Source of the DNA: Candidatus Latescibacterota bacterium
Lineage (GTDB): Bacteria; Latescibacterota; CBDEFO01
Reading direction: 5' to 3'
DNA: 64,000 bases
NCBI GenBank assembly: GCA_965237525.1
Contig: CBDEFO010000007.1
Coordinates: 256,001-320,000 of the forward strand
Part shown: positions 58,607-64,000 of the stretch, one piece after another
Position numbering within the stretch: position 1 is the stretch's first letter
Layout: every line of letters begins with the position of its first letter
Position numbers and translations under genes: made by a program
The notes under the pieces: generated by a model
The model's database searches: none
Told to the model about the DNA's origin: nothing
What the model saw: the letters and a program-made list of their open reading frames with translations, nothing else

Positions 58607-59551
58607 ATGAGATATATGGTTACGGGGGCTGCGGGATTTATAGGGTCGCATATAGCTCAAAGGTTGTTAGAGGAAGGGCACGAAGTGATGGGGATAGATT
58701 GTTTTGCGGATTATTACGCAAAGGAGGTCAAGGAGGACAGGGTCAAGACACTTGTGGATTATGATAGGATGGAGTTTATGAGGGGAGATCTGCTGGAGTT
58801 GGATTTGAGGCCTTTACTGGACGGTGTGGATGTCGTGTTTCACGAAGCTGCACAGCCGGGAGTGAGGTCTGGATGGGGCAAGGATTTTAACCTCTATGTG
58901 GATAATAACATAAATGCCACGCAGAGGTTGTTAGACGCGTTGAAGGTATGTGATGTAAAGAGGGTTGTGTACGCTTCTTCCTCCTCTGTCTATGGCGATG
59001 CTCTTCAACTTCCGACGAGCGAAGAGGCTCCTTTGATGCCTCTTTCTCCTTACGGTGTGACCAAGGTAGCAGGCGAAAAATTGTGTAATCTTTACTGGAA
59101 GAATTTCGGCGTACCTGTGGTGATTTTGAGGTATTTCACAGTGTTTGGGCCAAAGCCGCGGCCTGATATGGCTTTCTGCATCTTTGTCAGAGCGATTTTA
59201 GAGGGAAAGACTTTGAGGGTAAACGGAGATGGGGAGCAGTCGAGAGGGTTTACATATGTGTCAGATGTGGTGGACGCCAATATACGCGCCTCCGAGGCTG
59301 ATTGTACAGGGGAGGTCTTCAATATCGGGGGTGGTGACAGTATCATTTTAAAGAAGATGATAGAGGTTTTAATGGAGGTAATAGGAAAGAGGACAGACGT
59401 GGAGTATGAGGAGAGCCAAAGGGGTGAGGCGAGGCACACACTTGCGGACATCAGCAAGGCCAGAAGGATGCTTGGGTTTGTACCGAAAGTGGATTTTAAG
59501 GGGGGAGCGATGTTGTCTATTCCGTCGGTGAAGGAATTCTACAAGTTGTAA
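58607..59551 (+). CDS. NAD-dependent nucleotide-sugar epimerase/dehydratase
   Basis: TGAAGFIG, HEAAQPGVR, ASSSSVYG, YGVTK, RPDMA. Confidence 0.92.
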   Translation: MRYMVTGAAGFIGSHIAQRLLEEGHEVMGIDCFADYYAKEVKEDRVKTLVDYDRMEFMRGDLLELDLRPLLDGVDVVFHEAAQPGVRSGWGKDFNLYVDNNINATQRLLDALKVCDVKRVVYASSSSVYGDALQLPTSEEAPLMPLSPYGVTKVAGEKLCNLYWKNFGVPVVILRYFTVFGPKPRPDMAFCIFVRAILEGKTLRVNGDGEQSRGFTYVSDVVDANIRASEADCTGEVFNIGGGDSIILKKMIEVLMEVIGKRTDVEYEESQRGEARHTLADISKARRMLGFVPKVDFKGGAMLSIPSVKEFYKL

Positions 59552-59579
59552 ATATAACTGTCATTTATTGTTCATCAAC

Positions 59580-59600
59580 CTCCGACAGATTAAATCGGGG
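59580..59600. repeat. Family A element, degenerate
   Basis: CTCCGACAGATTAAATCGGGG. Confidence 0.65.
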
Positions 59601-59626
59601 GCTAAAAGCACAAAAGGGGAGGGAGA

Positions 59627-60826
59627 ATGTCTAACAGAATATGTGGTTTAGGTCATTGGTCGGTTCTGCTGATTTCATCCTTTATACTACTGGTATCTGT
59701 GGATGGAGCCCACGGTTCAACATCCCGTCTGAGGTCTTTGGGAAATGAGACGAGGATATTAAAGGACGATACGAATATCTTCGTATATCCATCATTAGTT
59801 ATGGAATATCCGCAGGTGATCGCTGAGCCTTTCGACCTGGGGGATTCGCTGAGTTGGGCCGGGGCGACGTATAAGATAGGCAAGACGAGCACTGTGGGGA
59901 TAATGTTCAGGCGTCCACTTCGAAATGCGGAGGAACTGAGCGATTTTCTGGCGAACGCTACTACTTCTGAGGCTTTCTCCAGCGTTCCGGCAGACTCCAG
60001 GGAGCGTCTTTCGAGGATGGATCTGAGCTCGTGGTTCGATTTTATGTACGGGATGAGCCTCTCAGAAGGCCTGGATATAGGGGGGCAGGTGAGCCTGTCG
60101 TACGATGCTGAAGGGAATGGGACGGAAACGACGGCTTCTGCTTTTGAGGTGACATTAGGTCTGTCCGCAGACATGGGGGAGAATTCGTCTTTGGACGTGG
60201 CTGTGGGGTTTAATCGTCAGAGTTTCGAGGATGATGAAGTGGACAGCATCATAGCCGAAAGCGAAGGTGGGACAGGAGCAAATATAGAGGTAAGACTCTT
60301 TTTACCTGCGGGAGAAAGAGCCGAATTAGTCCCCCTTTTGAGCTTTTCTGTGGGGGGGATAGATGTGGCTCCTAACAAGACGGATTTTGTAGATGTGGAA
60401 GTAGGGATAGGAGCAAGGTCCGAAGTGGCAGAGGGGACGATTGCTATATTCGGAGTTATTTTGGGCTTCAATTCTGAGGAGAGGGAGGTTCCAGGACAGC
60501 CGAAGGTGAATAACACCACTGTGCTGCTCCCCAAGTTGGTGGCCGCAGGTGAGACGATGCTCTCGGACTCTTTTGCTATGAGGGTTGGCATCGAGCGGGA
60601 GGCGACTTTCGGAAAGACTGAAAAGGTAGTGGACGGTAAGGTGATTGAGACTACGACGTTTGACACAGATTTTGATCTTCAGTTCGGATTCGGGTTCAAG
60701 TTCGGGAGAATCGATCTGGATGGCGTCGTTGAAAAGGATCTGTTTCGAGATGGACCAGATTTCATAGGTGGAAGTCGAAATAAGGGAGGGTTCTTCAGTA
60801 ACGCTACTATAACTTATGATTTTTAA
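59627..60826 (+). CDS. Putative outer-membrane beta-barrel protein
   Basis: Signal peptide, alternating amphipathic strands, C-terminal YDF. Confidence 0.7.
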   Translation: MSNRICGLGHWSVLLISSFILLVSVDGAHGSTSRLRSLGNETRILKDDTNIFVYPSLVMEYPQVIAEPFDLGDSLSWAGATYKIGKTSTVGIMFRRPLRNAEELSDFLANATTSEAFSSVPADSRERLSRMDLSSWFDFMYGMSLSEGLDIGGQVSLSYDAEGNGTETTASAFEVTLGLSADMGENSSLDVAVGFNRQSFEDDEVDSIIAESEGGTGANIEVRLFLPAGERAELVPLLSFSVGGIDVAPNKTDFVDVEVGIGARSEVAEGTIAIFGVILGFNSEEREVPGQPKVNNTTVLLPKLVAAGETMLSDSFAMRVGIEREATFGKTEKVVDGKVIETTTFDTDFDLQFGFGFKFGRIDLDGVVEKDLFRDGPDFIGGSRNKGGFFSNATITYDF

Positions 60827-60834
60827 CGGTTCTA

Positions 60835-61953
60835 ATGCTTGTAAATAGACAGAAGATCGTATCACTTGCGGTGTGCAGTTGGATATTTTTGGGGCTATTT
60901 GATCTATCACACGCAAGAGGGCTGAATACTAAAGGACAGGTATCGGTCTACAGGATATCCCGTTTTAACAGAGTGGAGGGACCATTTGCAGGTACTACTC
61001 TCTTAATAGGTGATCCGGAAAAGACTATGTTCTCCACAACCTGGGGCCGTGCCTTATCTCTTACAAAGTGGACTTACGATGCGGGCGGCAAGAAATCATT
61101 TTTTGAAGGCAGCAGCTTCTGTCTGGAAGGGAATGTCTACAATGTTGTGGATACGGCGGACAGGGACATAGTCGGGGATCAGGAGTCTACTTCGTTGGCT
61201 TTTTTCTTCGGAGTGGCCTCGAGGGATTACTACGTTCGCAAGGGCTACAGCACAGGTGCAACTCTCAAGGTAGGTAAAAGGAATGTGTTCCACGTAGGAT
61301 ACAGTGATGATGAGTACAGGGGTATAGCCAAAGAGACGGATTTCAGCGTGTACAGGAAGGGGAGGACTAAAAAGGCAAATTGGGAGTCTGATGGCGCGGA
61401 AGGGATCAGGGAGTTTGTGGGTGGGGATATGAGGAGTATATCTTTTTCGTACAATTTGAATATCAGCGTGGATTGGAGCTTTAAGGCTTCTTTTAAGGCA
61501 TCTGGACATGGCCTGGGCGGTGATTTCGATTTTAACAGGTATGTTTTGGAAATAAGAAGATACAGTAGGTTGAGGGATAGTCAGTGGCTCGACTTCAGAT
61601 TTGTTGGAGGAAGTGCAGACTCAGAGCTTCCACTTTTTGAGAGCTTTCAGTTAGGTGGAATAGGGACTATGGCTGGATATGGGTACAAGGAGTTTGAAGG
61701 GGATAGAATCCTCCTTCTAAACGTGGAATATCGAGCCGGGAATAAGCTGTTGAGAGTAGCTCCGTTTGGGGATGCAGGCTATGTGTGGGATAAGTCTGAG
61801 GATATAGATCTGACAGATGTAAGATGGGATTTGGGCCTGGGAGCAGAGATAGGCACTTTTGATGGTGGTTTAATAAGGGTAAGTTGGGCTCATCCTGTGG
61901 GTAGGGACGAAGGTGAGGGAAGATGGCAGTTGAGATTGGACAGGACGTTTTGA
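60835..61953 (+). CDS. Omp85/BamA-like barrel domain protein without POTRA domains
   Basis: FNRVEG, FQLGGIGTMAGY, NVEYR, FGDAG, C-terminal F. Confidence 0.65.
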   Translation: MLVNRQKIVSLAVCSWIFLGLFDLSHARGLNTKGQVSVYRISRFNRVEGPFAGTTLLIGDPEKTMFSTTWGRALSLTKWTYDAGGKKSFFEGSSFCLEGNVYNVVDTADRDIVGDQESTSLAFFFGVASRDYYVRKGYSTGATLKVGKRNVFHVGYSDDEYRGIAKETDFSVYRKGRTKKANWESDGAEGIREFVGGDMRSISFSYNLNISVDWSFKASFKASGHGLGGDFDFNRYVLEIRRYSRLRDSQWLDFRFVGGSADSELPLFESFQLGGIGTMAGYGYKEFEGDRILLLNVEYRAGNKLLRVAPFGDAGYVWDKSEDIDLTDVRWDLGLGAEIGTFDGGLIRVSWAHPVGRDEGEGRWQLRLDRTF

Positions 61954-62420
61954 AGATAATAAGAGAGGTCAAAAGGCATATAAATAAGGACGATGAAGTC
62001 TATGAATGTCAGCTTCTACACAGAGATGAGGGATATCTAGTTCTGCTCTTTGTAAACGACACAGCAGGGAATATAGGCGAGGTGTTCTTCGATGCAGGAT
62101 CAAGGACTGTAGCACACTATTGGGCGGATAGGGGGTATGTATTGTGGAGGATGTACGGCCCTTCCGGAGATTTGAAGGGGCACAGCTTCCACATATGCGT
62201 GGATGTAAAGATAAATGAGGATTACGTAAGTTATCTGGATCTACTCTTGGATCTATGGTTTTACCCCAACGGCAGCTATTTGATCCTAGATGAGGATGAA
62301 GTGGATGACTGCAAAAGGAGAGGTTTGATAGACGACAGGGCATTAGGATGGATCGAAAAACAAAAGGCTTTGATAACTGATAAGTTTGACAAGATAGTCA
62401 ATGATATATGGATGAATTGA
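61923..62420 (+). CDS. DUF402-like protein
   Basis: YLDLLLDLW..YLILDEDE acidic motif; start uncertain. Confidence 0.7.
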   Translation: MAVEIGQDVLKIIREVKRHINKDDEVYECQLLHRDEGYLVLLFVNDTAGNIGEVFFDAGSRTVAHYWADRGYVLWRMYGPSGDLKGHSFHICVDVKINEDYVSYLDLLLDLWFYPNGSYLILDEDEVDDCKRRGLIDDRALGWIEKQKALITDKFDKIVNDIWMN

Positions 62421-62460
62421 GGATTTGTAAATAGTATGACGTTGCGCAAAAACATTATAT

Positions 62461-62492
62461 ATAGATGAGGCACTGCTGTCTCATCTATTTTT
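62461..62492 (+). terminator. Putative intrinsic terminator
   Basis: ATAGATGAGGCA-ctgc-TGTCTCATCTAT followed by a T run, after the DUF402 gene. Confidence 0.6.
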
Positions 62493-62629
62493 GTTCAGCA
62501 GTGCAGTCAGTTGCGATCTGTCGGGAACTTTGAAGGAGTTTGGGAGTCTTTCTGGTAGTCTGAGTAGATCTTTTTCTTGCGTTTGGGAGGTAATTCTGTT
62601 AATACGAAGTTTCATCCTCAGATTTCCTG

Positions 62630-62658
62630 TTGACAGTATATACACAATCGATTAGATT
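62630..62658 (+). promoter_or_regulatory. Putative topA promoter
   Basis: TTGACA-17 bp-TAGATT. Confidence 0.6.
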
Positions 62659-62751
62659 TAATCTCACATAGAGATAGTCAAATTTGACGTTACAATGGCA
62701 TCGTGCATTTCTATGAGTTCTTAGTAGAACTTATCAGTTGGTGAAATAGAT

Positions 62752-64000
62752 ATGACAACTAGAAAAAAAGTAGATGGTAGGAGATCGTTAGTGGTTGTGG
62801 AATCTCCTGCTAAGGCCAAGACTATAAATAAATTCTTGGGGAAGGATTTTGCTGTAAGGGCGTGTATGGGTCACGTGCGGGATCTTCCTCAAAGAGAGTT
62901 GGGGATAGATATAGCTGACGGCTTTAAGCCCAAGTATCAGATCATAAAGGGCAGGGAGAAGGTTTTAGCTGAGTTGAAGAAGGAGGCAAAGGTATCCGAT
63001 AGGGTACTTCTGGCAACTGACCCTGACAGGGAAGGGGAGGCGATTGCCTGGCACGTGGCTCAGGTTATATCTAAAAAGGGGGATGGTGTCTACAGGATTA
63101 CGTTTAATCAGATTACTCAAAGTGCAGTGTCGGAGGCGCTGGAGAACCCATTAGGGTTGGATTTGAGGAAGGTGAACGCTCAGCAGGCTCGCAGGGTGCT
63201 GGATAGGCTCGTGGGTTATAAGGTCAGCCCTGTCCTGTGGAAGGCTATGTATAGGGGTTTGAGCGCGGGGAGGGTTCAGTCTGTGGCGCTCAGAATGGTG
63301 TGCGAAAGAGAGGAAGAAATAAGCTGCTTCGTGATCGAGGAGTACTGGTCCATAACTGCAAAGCTAAAGGGGAAAGATACATTTCCTTTTAACGCCAAGT
63401 TGATTCGGAAGGGCGAAAGTGATGCGGACATCTCGAACGGGGAAGAGGCTGAGGAAATTGTGAAGGAGTTGAAGGATAGCGTATTCAAGGTGTTGGACGT
63501 GAGAAAGGGGCAGCAGAAAAGAAATCCCCCTCCGCCCTTTATTACGAGTACTCTTCAGCAGGATGCTGCAACGACGTTAAGATTTTCGAGCGATAGAACG
63601 ATGAGAGTGGCTCAGGAGCTCTATGAGGGGATTGAGCTTGAGGGCGAGTCCGTAGGATTGATCACGTATATGAGGACCGATTCAGTGAGGGTGGCGCCTG
63701 AGGCCGTAAGCGAAGCGAGGGAGTACATAGCATCGGCCTGGGGTGGGGATTACGTGCCGATGAATGCCAGGAGCTACAAAGTTAAGAAGGGGGCGCAGGA
63801 CGCTCATGAGGCGATAAGACCGACTTCTGTAAAAACGGATATTAAGTCGGCCAAGAGATTCCTAACTCCCGATCAGACAAAATTGTACGAATTGATATGG
63901 AAGCGGTTCGTGGCGTCTCAGATGAAATCTGCGATTTTGGATGTTATATCTGTAGATATAGGGGCAGTGGATTACATATTCAGGGCCTCGGGGTCCTCGG
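62752..64000 (+). CDS. topA: DNA topoisomerase I (3' end outside window)
   Basis: VVESPAKAKTI, GHVRDLP, ATDPDREGEAIAWH, SAGRVQS, ITYMRTDS, AQDAHEAIRPT. Confidence 0.97.
   Translation, partial: MTTRKKVDGRRSLVVVESPAKAKTINKFLGKDFAVRACMGHVRDLPQRELGIDIADGFKPKYQIIKGREKVLAELKKEAKVSDRVLLATDPDREGEAIAWHVAQVISKKGDGVYRITFNQITQSAVSEALENPLGLDLRKVNAQQARRVLDRLVGYKVSPVLWKAMYRGLSAGRVQSVALRMVCEREEEISCFVIEEYWSITAKLKGKDTFPFNAKLIRKGESDADISNGEEAEEIVKELKDSVFKVLDVRKGQQKRNPPPPFITSTLQQDAATTLRFSSDRTMRVAQELYEGIELEGESVGLITYMRTDSVRVAPEAVSEAREYIASAWGGDYVPMNARSYKVKKGAQDAHEAIRPTSVKTDIKSAKRFLTPDQTKLYELIWKRFVASQMKSAILDVISVDIGAVDYIFRASGSS

Noticed and set aside
855..59600. Family A or B repeats as a CRISPR array
   Set aside because: Copies are dispersed over kilobases with no regular spacers, and no cas genes are present.

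Overview
A 64 kb bacterial chromosomal window from a Gram-negative organism (waaA, outer-membrane beta-barrels); a FlgD/T9SS-like C-terminus hints at an FCB-group lineage, but this is a low-confidence inference. Layout: 1-9000 (+) surface-polysaccharide/LPS genes; 9073-39883 (almost all -) a divergent stand-alone SecY paralogue, apbE, a GC-richer catabolic block, polyprenyl synthase, glnE, acyl-CoA carboxylase, an XRE regulator, an M28 peptidase, a complete IS1182-family element and a Mo-hydroxylase (cox/xdh-type) cluster; 40421-64000 (+) rsfS, mtnA, mltD, mreD-mrdA-rodA-lgt, three tandem near-identical oxidoreductase genes, nth, beta-barrels and the start of topA. No rRNA, tRNA or CRISPR array was found. 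Most notable: (1) at least four families of short dispersed palindromic elements that nest inside each other and enter coding sequence in frame, above all a 21-bp hairpin CCCCGATTGAATCTATCGGGG with about 10 copies, compensatory stem changes and copies read as PIESIG/PDRFNRG inside proteins; (2) a SecY paralogue with Lys at a pore-ring position, no GIRPG motif and an extra C-terminal domain; (3) a 1150-bp-period gene triplication with patchy non-synonymous diversification; (4) an array of four palindromic operators beside the XRE gene. Five genes carry single +1 frameshifts, most likely sequencing errors. All annotations come from reading the sequence and recalled family motifs, not database searches.
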